From Planctomycetota bacterium (GTDB lineage Bacteria > Planctomycetota > UBA8108 > SXIK01): DNA of 64,000 nucleotides. The notes beneath the pieces were generated by a model that was not told the DNA's origin, did not search any database, and was given only the letters and a program-made list of their open reading frames with translations. Numbering within the stretch: the stretch's first letter is position 1; every line of letters starts with the position of its first letter. The DNA lies in the NCBI GenBank assembly GCA_965223265.1, contig OZ244999.1, positions 8,608,001-8,672,000 of the forward strand, in the 5' to 3' direction. Both the position numbers and the translations under genes were made by a program. This document shows, piece after piece, positions 17,856 through 28,496 of this stretch.

Positions 17856-20003
17856 ATGCTGCACTTCCAACCATCGGCGGGGAGATGCGTTCTATCTTTC
17901 TGGCGTTCCGGTCGTCGAAACACTTGGCGCCGAGGCTCCATCGGGCACTGTTTGATACCCGTGCTTGTCGCGACAGCGTTCCTTGCTTCGAGCGAGGCGC
18001 AGGCCGACGTCGGAGTCATCGAAGTCGAGGGCGGAAATGACAATGATGATAATGACGATGAGGTCCTCGCCTTCGAGGAAGACTTCGACGCTGAGCTGCT
18101 GCTCTTCGAGGATATCCCTATTGTCGTCACGGCCGCGCGTCGGCCACAGAGACTGACGCAGTCGTCTCAGGCGATTAGCGTCGTGAGCTCGGACGACGTT
18201 CACTACGGCGGCTTCCGAAGTCTGCCTGATATGCTGCGCTTCACGCCTGGCGTCGACGTCTTGCAAGTCGACCGCAACATCGTCGCGCTCGGCATCCGGG
18301 GTATGCATGACACCTTTGCGGATCGAACGAAGGTGCTCATTGACGGACGCGACGTCGCCAGCCCCGTGTTCGGCGGGACAGACTACTTCCGTCTGCCCAT
18401 CTTTCCTGAAGATGTGGCGCGCATCGAAGTTGTACGAGGTCCAGGAGGCGCAGCCTGGGGGGCCAACGCGTTCAACGGCGTTATCAACGTAATCACGAAG
18501 GAGCCGGAGGACGTCAAAGGGCTGATGGGGTCGGCGCATGTCAACCTCTTCGGTGACAAGGCTACGCACGCTCGCTGGGCCGACTCGGTGGGGCGGTGGC
18601 ACTGGCGACTCGCACTCGGACACGAAGAGCGCGCGTCGTCGGAGGACGCGATCGACGGTGACGACTTCAGCTCAAGAGATTTCAACGAAGACTGGAGAGT
18701 CAACGGGCTGCTCAAGTATGAGCTTTCCCAGGCGACGGATTTGGAATTCGGGTCGGCGTACATACACGTCGATCGAGGCGACATCGAGTTTGCAGGGTTC
18801 CCCGGGCCGACGGATCCGCGCCGCGACGAAGAGCTCAACGTTCTCCACGCGCATAGTCGCTTGGAACACGAGTTCGCCGGTGGCTCCTCTGCATACCTTC
18901 AGTACTCCTCAAAGTACGAAGACATTGTCCGTCCGTCGGTCTGGCGATACGACGTTCTCGAGAACGACTTCGAGAGTCAACTGAACCTGGAATTGAGCGA
19001 CGTGAATACGCTTTCCGTCGGTGGAAACGTACGCTGGGTCCACATCAATGCCGATCCGCGGCAACCCACAGATGCGCTTCCATCCGACCGCGCTGACGAG
19101 GCCTGGGTGGGGTTGTTCGCGATTGATCGCTGGCAAGTTCTCGACAGCCTAGTCCTCGAAGGGCAGCTACGAGGCGATTACTACTCGGAGACGGATTTTG
19201 ACTGGTCTGGTCGACTCTCCGCCCTCCACTCTCTCGACGAGAGTGAGCAGCACGTGGTTCGTTTGAGTGTGGCCAAGGCGTTTCGGGCACCACTCTACGG
19301 AATTCGCGAAATCACGACGCAGCGCGTGCCACTGCCCGCGCCTCCATTCCCACCTGGCCTCTTCGCATTGAATTTGCTGCCTGCGCGGGGATTGGACAAC
19401 GAACAGACGTACGCCGCTGAACTCGGTTACTCGGGTGCGTTTCCCGGGGGCTTCCTTTTTTCGGTGGATGGATACTACCAGCACTATGAGCGATTGATCG
19501 GTCTGGTGTCTTCCGGAGCGCCGCTTGGAGCTGGGGTGAGCTCGTTTCAGCTCGACAACTTAGATGGGGGTGACGGTTTTGGCGTCGAGGCAGAGCTGAA
19601 GTATCGTCACGACATGTTCGAAGTCTCAACGTGGTATGCACACAATAACCTCGATCTTGAAGAGCCGGGACAGAGCATGCGAGCGTACTTTCCGGCGCGC
19701 AACAAGGTCGGCGCGAACATTCGGTTCTACTTCGACTTCGGACTGACCCTGACGACGAGTTATAGCTTCTACGACACCAGTAAGAAGGACCCTGCGAACA
19801 TCACGGGTCGCGATGCACGTCCCCACAGTCGCCTCGACGTCAGCGCGTCGCAGCGATTTGCCGACGACCGAGCTGAGATTCAAGTCGGTGTCATGGACGT
19901 CTTCAACGATACCGAGTTTTCTGTCAGCCAATTGGGCTCCCTTACTGCGCACGAGACGCCCGGTCGCACGTACTGGCTACAGTTGCAGCTGAACTTCCGT
20001 TGA
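17856..20003 (+). CDS. TonB-dependent receptor
   Basis: VVTAARRPQ, LRFTPGVDV, RIEVVRGPGGAAWGANAFNGVINVITK plug motifs; C-terminal PGRTYWLQLQLNF beta-signal. Confidence 0.92.
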   Translation: MLHFQPSAGRCVLSFWRSGRRNTWRRGSIGHCLIPVLVATAFLASSEAQADVGVIEVEGGNDNDDNDDEVLAFEEDFDAELLLFEDIPIVVTAARRPQRLTQSSQAISVVSSDDVHYGGFRSLPDMLRFTPGVDVLQVDRNIVALGIRGMHDTFADRTKVLIDGRDVASPVFGGTDYFRLPIFPEDVARIEVVRGPGGAAWGANAFNGVINVITKEPEDVKGLMGSAHVNLFGDKATHARWADSVGRWHWRLALGHEERASSEDAIDGDDFSSRDFNEDWRVNGLLKYELSQATDLEFGSAYIHVDRGDIEFAGFPGPTDPRRDEELNVLHAHSRLEHEFAGGSSAYLQYSSKYEDIVRPSVWRYDVLENDFESQLNLELSDVNTLSVGGNVRWVHINADPRQPTDALPSDRADEAWVGLFAIDRWQVLDSLVLEGQLRGDYYSETDFDWSGRLSALHSLDESEQHVVRLSVAKAFRAPLYGIREITTQRVPLPAPPFPPGLFALNLLPARGLDNEQTYAAELGYSGAFPGGFLFSVDGYYQHYERLIGLVSSGAPLGAGVSSFQLDNLDGGDGFGVEAELKYRHDMFEVSTWYAHNNLDLEEPGQSMRAYFPARNKVGANIRFYFDFGLTLTTSYSFYDTSKKDPANITGRDARPHSRLDVSASQRFADDRAEIQVGVMDVFNDTEFSVSQLGSLTAHETPGRTYWLQLQLNFR

Positions 20004-20998
20004 GGTCTCTCGTGCAGCAATACCAGAGTGTAAAGCTGTCAGCGTACATTCTTCTGGTCATCTGTGGGGTGGCGACGCTCTCAGAAGATCACGGAGCTGG
20101 CACCATCGCGGCTGATGCTGGTTCCAACATCGTGATCGTGTCGAGCAGCGACGCGACGCCGTATCGGCGGACCGTCGACGCGCTCAACGAGAGATTTGCT
20201 CAAGCGCAAGTGTCGATTCGAAACGTGTCGCTGGCGAAACTGTCGGCACGGGATAGGGAGCGGCTAGCGACGCGCGACGCCGACTTCGTCGCTGTTGGAA
20301 CGAAAGCGACCGCTGAGCTCGCACGTCTCTTGCCGCGCGAGAGGCGGCTCTTCTATTGCATGGTTAGCAGCACTAAGGCTGCGGGAGTGCGAGCTCGCGA
20401 GCGTTCGTATGGAGTGACGACGGCCGTGCCGCTGGAAGCTCAATGGTCTCTCATGGCTGAGTTGTTTCCGCGAGGTGCTAAGGTTGGGATTCTCTACAAC
20501 TCGCGAGAACAACGTAGCCTTGCTGTGGTGCGAGAGGTCGCGCGTACTCTGCCGGCGAGTTGGACTTCGCACAGTGTGGCGGTCGACAAACACGCATCGC
20601 ATGCAGAGGCGTTGGACCAGCTTTGCGAGCTCGATCCAGACTTCGTTTGGACTCATCTCGACCCGACTGTCTACAACTCGACCATCGTACGTGCGGTGCT
20701 TCTCACATCTCTGCGCAAGGGCATACCCGTCTTCGGCTTTTCCGTGCCATGCGTTCGTGCTGGCGCGATGATCGGTGTGGGAATCGAGCCGGAAACTCAA
20801 GCGCGCCAAGCATTCGAGTTGGTGCAAGAGATTGTCATGGCACCGCAGGAGCAGGGGGCGCCCCCCGCATCGCGCAGCGACCCCGCGAGATTTCAGATCG
20901 CTGTCAATCTGACGGTCGCGCAGCGTCTGAAGATCGAGTTGCCGGAGAGCATAATCGCGCGCGCCGATCGTGTCTTCAAGAGCCAAACGGAGGAGTAA
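20000..20998 (+). CDS. Periplasmic ABC-type substrate-binding-fold protein (no cognate transporter nearby)
   Basis: KVGILYNS, IPVFGFS..VRAGAM, IAVNLTVAQRLKIELPESIIARAD; overlaps the TBDR stop. Confidence 0.8.
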   Translation: MRSLVQQYQSVKLSAYILLVICGVATLSEDHGAGTIAADAGSNIVIVSSSDATPYRRTVDALNERFAQAQVSIRNVSLAKLSARDRERLATRDADFVAVGTKATAELARLLPRERRLFYCMVSSTKAAGVRARERSYGVTTAVPLEAQWSLMAELFPRGAKVGILYNSREQRSLAVVREVARTLPASWTSHSVAVDKHASHAEALDQLCELDPDFVWTHLDPTVYNSTIVRAVLLTSLRKGIPVFGFSVPCVRAGAMIGVGIEPETQARQAFELVQEIVMAPQEQGAPPASRSDPARFQIAVNLTVAQRLKIELPESIIARADRVFKSQTEE

Positions 20999-21004
20999 CT
21001 CGCT

Positions 21005-23815
21005 ATGCGACGTGGTTTCTTTCGCTTTGCGCTCAGAGAGAAAGCCCTCACCGTCACGATGCTCATTGTGACCTTGCCGCTACTACTTCTTACAGGGTTC
21101 ATGGTGTGGGAGACGAACTCGATTTTGTCCGGCGGACTTGAAAGTCGAGCGCGCGCGCTCGCAAAGAGTCTGGCTCGCGTGTGCGAGCTGCCTCTTTCCG
21201 TTGGGGACGCTGAGGAGGTGTCTCGCTTAGTGAGCACGATCATGCAAGACGACGATGTCGTCTTCGCGAGGGTCGAGGACGGTGACGGTAACGTGATGTC
21301 ACGAGCCGGGTCTGAAGGCGAATCCCTTGCAGCTGAGGGCGTCTTCGCAGCTACGGCAGACGTACTCGTTCCCAAGAGTCGCGCGGAAGATCTTGTGGAT
21401 CTGATGGAGCCACAATCTAAAGAGCTCGAACTCACGGGCCAGGTGAGTGTCGGTCTCTCTCTCGACCCTGTGGCAGCTGCCCAGTGGGATTACTCCCTCT
21501 TGAGCGCGAAGATTCTTCTCGCTGCGATCGTCATGGTTGTGCCACTCGCGCTGCTCATCATTGGTTCTTGGACACGTCGTCTTGATCGCGTCATCGTGGG
21601 CGCTCGACAGATCGCCGCCGGCGAATTCTTGGATGACTCGCTCAGTGATCTCACGAATGATCTGGACGACGAGATTGGGCAGTTGGCCAGGAGTTTCGAT
21701 TCGATGAACGCGTCTCTCGTACGGCGCGACGCGGAGCTGCGTTACTTTAACCGCACGCTCCAGAAACAGGTGAGGGAGCGCACCGCGGAGCTTGAGGACG
21801 CAAAGGTGGCCGCGGAGAACGCAAGTCGCGCGAAGAGCGAGTTTCTTGCCAACATGAGTCATGAGATTCGCACGCCGCTGAACGCCCTGTTTGGGATGAT
21901 CCACTTGATCCAGCGCACGCAGCTAAACGCAACCCAGGCCAAGTATGCGGCGCTAGCGCAAAGCTCCGCGCAGTCACTTCTTCAACTGATCAACGACGTG
22001 CTGGATTTCTCAAAGATCGAAGCCGGAAAGATGGAACTCGAGGCTGCCGAGTTTGATCTACAGCTTCTCTTTGAGGAGTCAGTTCAAATGCTTTCGAAGT
22101 TCGCCAGTAGCAAGGGGCTAGAGCTGCTCTGTTGGATTGACCCCCGCATACACAGCCGCTTTGTCGGCGACCCACAGAAGCTGCGACAGATTCTCACGAA
22201 CCTTCTTAACAATGCCATCAAGTTCACAGCCGAAGGGGAGGTGCGCGCGCGTCTGGAGATCGAAGATGACAACCAAGATCAGACCACGGTTCGAATTCTC
22301 GTAGAGGATACCGGGGTCGGCATACCGGAGGAGCGACGCGATCGACTCTTTAAGGAGTTCTCGCAGGTCGACAGCTCGACCACAAGGCGATTCGGTGGGA
22401 CGGGATTGGGGTTGGCGATTTGTCGGAAGTTCGTTGATCTCATGGGCGGTGAGATCGACGTAGAGAGTACTCCCGGGGAGGGTTCGACATTTTGGTTCCG
22501 TGTCTCGCTGAAAAAATCGTCCGGTCGAACGAAATGGCATCCACTCAAACGCTCCAGCGCGTTGGTCGTCTGCCCCAGCGACTCCCTTCGCGAGTACGTC
22601 GAGAAATACATGGTCGCTTGGGGTTTTCGGGTACGGGCATCCAGCAGTTGCGAGGACGCGATCGCAGCGTTTCGGAACGCTACCCGGGAACGAGAGGGCT
22701 TCGAACTGGTTTTGTTGGACTTGCCACCCGACGCGATTCGAGAGGTCGTGACGGCTCTCGATATTTCGGTGGGGGAAGAAGGGCGAGAAAACGTCCGCTT
22801 GCTGGCGCTGTCGCAAGGCGGCTCGGACGAGACGACCGACGAGCTCGCTCGGCTCGGTGTTCGTGAGGTTGTTGCGAAACCAGTCCAACCGTCGACGCTC
22901 TACGACGCGATCGCCGGATTGCTGCCAACTCGGGATGAAGGCGCCGTAGAATCACTACGTCCCCCTCGAGGAGCCCAAGGTGAATCTATAAAGGGGCGAG
23001 TTCTTGTCGCGGAGGACCAGGAAGTGAACCAGCTGTTTGTGACAGAGGTGTTGGTCGCCGATGGTTGGGAATATGAGGTTGCGGCGAATGGTCGTTTGGC
23101 CTTCGAGGCGGTGACATCGCGGCCCTTCGATGTGGTTTTGATGGATTGTCAAATGCCAGAGATGGATGGTTTCGAAGCGACTCGAAAGATTCGTGAAGCC
23201 GAAGCTCGCGGTGACCTCGCTCGCGTGAGCGGCGACCGTCTTCCCATCGTCGCGTTGACGGCTAACGCTGTAAAAGGTGACCGAGAGAAGTGCATCGAAG
23301 CGGGCATGGATGACTACTTGACGAAACCTCTCGATCCGGATCTCTTGTTGCGATTGCTCGATGCGTTCTGTGTGACTACCGCAGAGGAAGGCTCCACAGC
23401 CGTGAGTGCAGACGCTCCGATGGGTAGCGCTCTTGGTGAACCAGTGGAGGCCAAGAACAAGAACCCTGACGATCGCTGTGCCATCGCATTCGACGACCTA
23501 CTACAGCGCTGCATGGGCAATCAAGACCTGATGGAGCGACTGTTACAACGGTTTATCCCTCAGCTTCAGGGCTCTGTCGATGTTCTTCGGGAGTTGCAAG
23601 AAGGCGGTGAGTGGGGGCCGATTGCCCAGCAGGCGCACAAATTAAAAGGAATGGCGTCGAACCTCTCAGCAAAACGGCTTGCCGATCTTGCCCGAGAACT
23701 CGAAGCTTTGGCGCGCGAGAAGCAGGCGGGCGAGGTCTCCACTCTGATCGACGAGATCGAGTGTGAGGCGGCCCAGTGCTTGATCAGCTTGCGTGAACGA
23801 GCTCACGTTTCATGA
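21005..23815 (+). CDS. Hybrid sensor histidine kinase (TM-HAMP-HisKA-HATPase-REC-REC-Hpt)
   Basis: DEIGQLARSF, FLANMSHEIRTPLN, NAIKFT, GGTGLGLAI, VLMDCQMPEMDG, AHKLKG. Confidence 0.95.
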   Translation: MRRGFFRFALREKALTVTMLIVTLPLLLLTGFMVWETNSILSGGLESRARALAKSLARVCELPLSVGDAEEVSRLVSTIMQDDDVVFARVEDGDGNVMSRAGSEGESLAAEGVFAATADVLVPKSRAEDLVDLMEPQSKELELTGQVSVGLSLDPVAAAQWDYSLLSAKILLAAIVMVVPLALLIIGSWTRRLDRVIVGARQIAAGEFLDDSLSDLTNDLDDEIGQLARSFDSMNASLVRRDAELRYFNRTLQKQVRERTAELEDAKVAAENASRAKSEFLANMSHEIRTPLNALFGMIHLIQRTQLNATQAKYAALAQSSAQSLLQLINDVLDFSKIEAGKMELEAAEFDLQLLFEESVQMLSKFASSKGLELLCWIDPRIHSRFVGDPQKLRQILTNLLNNAIKFTAEGEVRARLEIEDDNQDQTTVRILVEDTGVGIPEERRDRLFKEFSQVDSSTTRRFGGTGLGLAICRKFVDLMGGEIDVESTPGEGSTFWFRVSLKKSSGRTKWHPLKRSSALVVCPSDSLREYVEKYMVAWGFRVRASSSCEDAIAAFRNATREREGFELVLLDLPPDAIREVVTALDISVGEEGRENVRLLALSQGGSDETTDELARLGVREVVAKPVQPSTLYDAIAGLLPTRDEGAVESLRPPRGAQGESIKGRVLVAEDQEVNQLFVTEVLVADGWEYEVAANGRLAFEAVTSRPFDVVLMDCQMPEMDGFEATRKIREAEARGDLARVSGDRLPIVALTANAVKGDREKCIEAGMDDYLTKPLDPDLLLRLLDAFCVTTAEEGSTAVSADAPMGSALGEPVEAKNKNPDDRCAIAFDDLLQRCMGNQDLMERLLQRFIPQLQGSVDVLRELQEGGEWGPIAQQAHKLKGMASNLSAKRLADLARELEALAREKQAGEVSTLIDEIECEAAQCLISLRERAHVS

Positions 23816-23940
23816 GGGAGATAACATTAACATCCCGAATCTTTCAGCGCTGGGCCGAAAAGTGCATAGGAATGGAATAGGCCACGCGCCGGATTGCCGA
23901 AGTAGAGAGAGAAGACGCAACCTGGGTCTCACGAATCGAC

Positions 23941-24978
23941 ATGAAAGTGCTGATCATAGATGACGATGAGCTCGCGCTGGAGCTCCTACGAAGCACCCTC
24001 GAGCTGAATGGCTACGAAGTCGTGACGGCGACGAACGGCCGCGACGGTCTCCAGCTGCTCCAGGGGGAAGAGCTTCGCCTTGTCGTCTCGGATTGGGAGA
24101 TGCCGGAAATGACGGGCGTCGAATTGTGCCGCGCCATCCGTGGCGGTGCAGTCGCGCGCTACGTGTACTTCGTTCTGGTGACGTCTCATGATCAGGTGGA
24201 GCATAGAGTGAACGGCCTCGCAGCTGGCGCCGACGATTTCATGTCGAAGCCTTTCGATCCATCGGAACTGATCGTCCGCATCCGCGCGGGAGAGCGCATT
24301 CTAGGACTCGAGAGTCGCGACCTGGTCATCTTCTCGATGGCGAAGCTTGCAGAGTCTCGCGACACTGACACCGGTGCGCATCTCGAGCGTGTGAGGCAGT
24401 ACTCGCGTCTACTCGCCAAGCAATTGGCTACCACGAACGAGTTCAGTAGCGTCATCGATTCACGATACGCGCATCAGATTTACTTGACGAGTCCTTTGCA
24501 TGACATTGGGAAAATTGCGATTCCCGATGCCATCCTTCTCAAGCCCGGTCAACTCAACGACCGTGAGTTTGAGATCATGAAGACCCACACGATTCTCGGC
24601 GCACAAACGCTTGATGCGGCTCTACTCCAGTATCCTTCGGCTGAGTTTTTGAGCATGGCCCGGGACATCGCCGAGTCACACCACGAGAGGTTTGACGGAT
24701 CGGGATACCCTCACGGTCGCTCCGGAGAGGACATTCCTCTCTGTGGACGCATCGTTGCGGTCGCTGACACCTATGACGCTCTGACGTCGCGGCGGGTGTA
24801 CAAACCTGCGTATAGCCACACGACGGCACGTGGGATTATCGAGTCGCAATCGGGAAAGCAGTTCGACCCTCGAGTCGTCAGCGCCTTCTTAGCTCAAGAG
24901 GAGTCCTTCATCGCCACCTGCGAGGAGAATCAGGACGAAACTTCGGTCGACGTGCAGTCCCTGTTGTCGCCAGTCTAA
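23941..24978 (+). CDS. Response regulator with HD-GYP c-di-GMP phosphodiesterase domain (RpfG-like)
   Basis: REC (IDDD..SDWEMP), LHDIGK, HHERFDGSGYP, RIVAVADTYDAL. Confidence 0.95.
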   Translation: MKVLIIDDDELALELLRSTLELNGYEVVTATNGRDGLQLLQGEELRLVVSDWEMPEMTGVELCRAIRGGAVARYVYFVLVTSHDQVEHRVNGLAAGADDFMSKPFDPSELIVRIRAGERILGLESRDLVIFSMAKLAESRDTDTGAHLERVRQYSRLLAKQLATTNEFSSVIDSRYAHQIYLTSPLHDIGKIAIPDAILLKPGQLNDREFEIMKTHTILGAQTLDAALLQYPSAEFLSMARDIAESHHERFDGSGYPHGRSGEDIPLCGRIVAVADTYDALTSRRVYKPAYSHTTARGIIESQSGKQFDPRVVSAFLAQEESFIATCEENQDETSVDVQSLLSPV

Positions 24979-25143
24979 CAGCTGCATTCGATCGACGCGC
25001 TGCGCCCATCATAACGTCTGTCAGGACCCATGCGTTTCGCAGCGTTCTCGATGAGCGGATTAAAAGATACGAATCGCGCGAGCGGATACCGCGATTTCGC
25101 TGCGTGAGCCACGCGACAGATTTTGCGCGGGTGCTACGTCGAC

Positions 25144-26535
25144 TCAGAGACGAAACGCCTGTTCGGGTCGAGGTACCTGAACGTCGGGGTAGCCCTTCTG
25201 GCGAAGCGCCTCCGCGAACGCCTCGGCAGCCTCTTCCTCACCATGAACGAGAAACGTCCTCGCGGGTGGTTTTTTCAGGAGGGAGAGGTAATCGAGGAGC
25301 TCGTCGCGGTCGGCGTGACCACTCAGTCCGCTGGTGGTCTCGACACGGGCCTTGAGTGGGTATTCGGTACCGAAGAGTTTGATGCTCTCCGCTCGCTCGA
25401 CCAGACGTCGGCCCACTGTGTGCGGCGCCATGTAGCCGACCACCAAAACTGTGCTCTTTGGATCCGGAGCAACGCGCTTCAGGTGATGGATTACGCGTCC
25501 GGCTTCGCACATGCCTGAAGCTGAGATGATAATGCATGGAACATGAAGCTCGTTGAGCGCCTTGGACGCCTCCACGTCGCGAATATAGGTTAGTCGGCGG
25601 AATCCGAACGGATCACGGTCGAGGTCGCAGAGCGCCGACGCTTCGTCGTCGTAGCATTCAGGATGGGCACGAAACACGCTGGTGACGTTCGTCGCTAGCG
25701 GGCTGTCAACGAAGATTGGCATCGGCGGGAGCTTACGTTCGTTGAACAGAGCGTTGAAGTGATAAACCAGTGTCTGCGTGCGTCCGACGCTAAAGGCTGG
25801 AATGAGAAGCTTGCCGCCACGGTCGAACGTTTCGTGGGCCACGTCAAGCAACCGCGCGCGCGTGTCTTCGGACTCCTCATGGATGCGATTGCCGTATGTT
25901 GACTCGCAGATGAGAACATCCGCTCTCTTGGGCGGTACCGGATCTCTCAAGATGACTCGATCGTGGCGGCCAACGTCTCCGGTGAACACCACGAGCTTTT
26001 CAGAATCTCCTTCCCTGCAGCGAAGGTGACACGAAGCTGATCCGAGGATGTGGCCGGCATCGCGGAACTTGACGCCCACGCCCTCGGTGATTTCGACTTC
26101 ATTGTTGTAGTCGACGCCGCGAAAGCGCGTCAGTGCTTCAACCGCGTCCTGAATCGTGTAGAGCGGCTCAAACGGTGTCTGTTTCTTCTTGCGTCGTCGT
26201 TTGTTGACGTGTTCCACGTCTCGCTCTTGGATGTAGGCCGAATCCCGAAGCATCCAGTCGCATAGGTCGAGCGTCGCGTGAGTGCAGAAGATCGGTCCAC
26301 GAAATCCGGACGCTACGAGGCGCGGGATGTTCCCGCTGTGATCGATATGCGTGTGGGAGAGTACGACGCAGTCGATCTCCTTCGGATCGAACTTAAAGGT
26401 GCGATTACGTTTGAAGCTCTCTTTTCTCTTGCCTTGGTAGAGACCGCAGTCGAGAAGGATTTTTTTCTTGCCGACTTGAAGCAGATGGCACGAGCCGGTC
26501 ACCGTTCGGGCGGCGCCGTAAAACTGTAGTCTCAT
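25144..26535 (-). CDS. Metallo-beta-lactamase / beta-CASP family RNase
   Basis: GAARTVTGS, LLDCGLYQG, SHTHIDHSG, AGHILGS, ESTYGNR, SGHAD, LVHGE; AAGGA RBS before ATG 26535. Confidence 0.92.
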   Translation of the reverse strand: MRLQFYGAARTVTGSCHLLQVGKKKILLDCGLYQGKRKESFKRNRTFKFDPKEIDCVVLSHTHIDHSGNIPRLVASGFRGPIFCTHATLDLCDWMLRDSAYIQERDVEHVNKRRRKKKQTPFEPLYTIQDAVEALTRFRGVDYNNEVEITEGVGVKFRDAGHILGSASCHLRCREGDSEKLVVFTGDVGRHDRVILRDPVPPKRADVLICESTYGNRIHEESEDTRARLLDVAHETFDRGGKLLIPAFSVGRTQTLVYHFNALFNERKLPPMPIFVDSPLATNVTSVFRAHPECYDDEASALCDLDRDPFGFRRLTYIRDVEASKALNELHVPCIIISASGMCEAGRVIHHLKRVAPDPKSTVLVVGYMAPHTVGRRLVERAESIKLFGTEYPLKARVETTSGLSGHADRDELLDYLSLLKKPPARTFLVHGEEEAAEAFAEALRQKGYPDVQVPRPEQAFRL

Positions 26536-26633
26536 CGCTGTCCTTTGCTCGATCGCCGTTTGAGTTGCATGGGCGAGAGGGGAAGGCGTGATTGTGGACG
26601 CCCGGCCGCCTGAAAGCAATAGTTCGAGATCAG

Positions 26634-28496
26634 CTAGTGTTCGACAGCCGTGCGCGATTCCGCGAGCGCATCGGCGGTGCCTACTAAGGCGAGGCGATCG
26701 CCTCGCTCGAGTTTCGTATCGCTGTGTGGGACAACCACAGACGAGTTGCGCCGGATGCCGACGATCACAGCGTTGCCTGGAAGCCGAACGTTTCGCAGGC
26801 TCACGCCATGAAGACTCGGGTTGTTCAGGATAGCCTCGCCCATCTCGACACCATCCTCGCGTTCGAGGAGTGTTTCGAACGCGTTCGGAAAACGTAACAC
26901 ACCTTCGAGTGCAACGACCGAGGCGAGCGCGGGCTGAACTACTTTCACCCCCAAGGCTCCCAGGCGCGCACACGTTTCAACGGAGTTCGCACATGCGACC
27001 ACCAAGGGGAGGTTGAAGTCGTCTAGAGCGCGAGTGCACAGCTCAACACGAGTCTCTGTCTTCGCCGTCGTTACGATCAACGCGGCGGCCGTGTCGGCCC
27101 CGGCTTTGCGGAGCGTGTCGACCTCTTGCGGCAGACCACGAACTACGTTCAGTCCGTGGTGACCGAGCTCGACCAGCCTTCGATCATCTCTACCGATGAT
27201 GGTCACCGATTCACCCGCTCGCACCAAGCGGTCTGCGAGTAGTCGTGCGACATGATCGGTTCCCGCGATGATGATGCCGCTCCTCTCCCGAGAGTTGCTC
27301 CTTCCGTAGAGCGCATTGAAGATGAGTGGAGAGACGCTACTGGTCGTGATCGCAACGAGGACGACTGCCGCGTTGACCTCTGGGGTGATCTTGCCGAGCT
27401 TCAGAGCGATTGCGCTGGCGGCGATGATCAACGAAAGTCGAGATGAGAGCAGGAATCCGCCCGCGATTGCTCGTTTGACACCGAACGCGCTCGAGTACAT
27501 GAGGGACGGTACCAGTTTGACCAAGTAGGCGGCGATCAGCAGAACTGGAAAGAGGAAAAAACCTTGTTTTGAGGCGGCGAGCACGCTGAGGTCGAAATTG
27601 ACTCCGACCATGATGAAAAAGAGCGGAATGAAAAAGCCGAATCCGATAGCGTCGAGTTTCTCGCGTAGGAGCGAGTGTTCTGGTCCGGCCATGAGACTGA
27701 CGAACGTTCCGGCGAGAAACGCTCCGAGAATGATCTCGAGACCGATGGCTTCGGCGAGTACGACGCAGGCGACCATCAGTGCGAAAGATCCACGCACCTT
27801 GACCTGTGAAGTCGCATGAGAGACATCGTCGACGAGCTGGCGGACGAGCCGGTTTGACGCGAACGCCATCCCAAGGCGCACGAGAACTACCGAAGCGACG
27901 ATCGTGCCGAAGACGAAAAACAGGTTCAAAGAACCTTGGTTGCCGGCGGCGAGCACAAATGTCAGGAGTAGCAGGGTGGCGAAGTCGGCCACGAGTGCGG
28001 CGACGAGAAAGTACTGCCCGAAGCTTTGGCCGACGATGCCGCGTTCCTTCAGCACGGGAAGAACGATGCCGAGCGAGCTCGTGCTGAGGATCAGGCTCAT
28101 GAGCAGTGGGCTCGTCGCGAATCCTGCGAGACTCAGCCCGAGGGAAACAAGGTAGGCTAGGCTGAACGTTGCGCAAAAGCAGAGGAGCGCGAGAGGAACC
28201 GCGCGGAGCCGAGGAGGCGCCCCCTTCGTACTCGAGGGCTCTGTTCTACGGAGGGCGCGGAAGTCGACCTCAAGTCCCGAAAGAAACATGAGGTAGGCGA
28301 AGCCGAGATCCTGGAGAAACACCAGGACTTCGGACGGCGCGATCAAGTCTGCACCACTCGTACCGATCGCGATTCCAGCAAGAATCTCCACGACTACGAT
28401 CGGGACTCTTACGCGTCGGAAGCGGGTGGCGAGAAGAGGCACCGTGGCTGCCAGTGCCGTCAGGATGAGGAGCGAGAGATAGTGGTCTCCGTGCAT
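26634..28496 (-). CDS. CPA2 monovalent cation:proton antiporter with TrkA_N and TrkA_C domains
   Basis: VVEILAGI, LMFLSGLEVD, ILGAFLAG, GFGFFIPLFF; C-terminal KTN and RCK_C domains. Confidence 0.9.
   Translation of the reverse strand: MHGDHYLSLLILTALAATVPLLATRFRRVRVPIVVVEILAGIAIGTSGADLIAPSEVLVFLQDLGFAYLMFLSGLEVDFRALRRTEPSSTKGAPPRLRAVPLALLCFCATFSLAYLVSLGLSLAGFATSPLLMSLILSTSSLGIVLPVLKERGIVGQSFGQYFLVAALVADFATLLLLTFVLAAGNQGSLNLFFVFGTIVASVVLVRLGMAFASNRLVRQLVDDVSHATSQVKVRGSFALMVACVVLAEAIGLEIILGAFLAGTFVSLMAGPEHSLLREKLDAIGFGFFIPLFFIMVGVNFDLSVLAASKQGFFLFPVLLIAAYLVKLVPSLMYSSAFGVKRAIAGGFLLSSRLSLIIAASAIALKLGKITPEVNAAVVLVAITTSSVSPLIFNALYGRSNSRERSGIIIAGTDHVARLLADRLVRAGESVTIIGRDDRRLVELGHHGLNVVRGLPQEVDTLRKAGADTAAALIVTTAKTETRVELCTRALDDFNLPLVVACANSVETCARLGALGVKVVQPALASVVALEGVLRFPNAFETLLEREDGVEMGEAILNNPSLHGVSLRNVRLPGNAVIVGIRRNSSVVVPHSDTKLERGDRLALVGTADALAESRTAVEH

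Noticed and set aside
26536-26973. Long N-terminal extension of the beta-CASP ORF (similar extensions at 7931-8068, 3758-4045, 28482-28769)
   Set aside because: Longest-ORF artefacts; better RBS-linked starts coincide with the family N-termini
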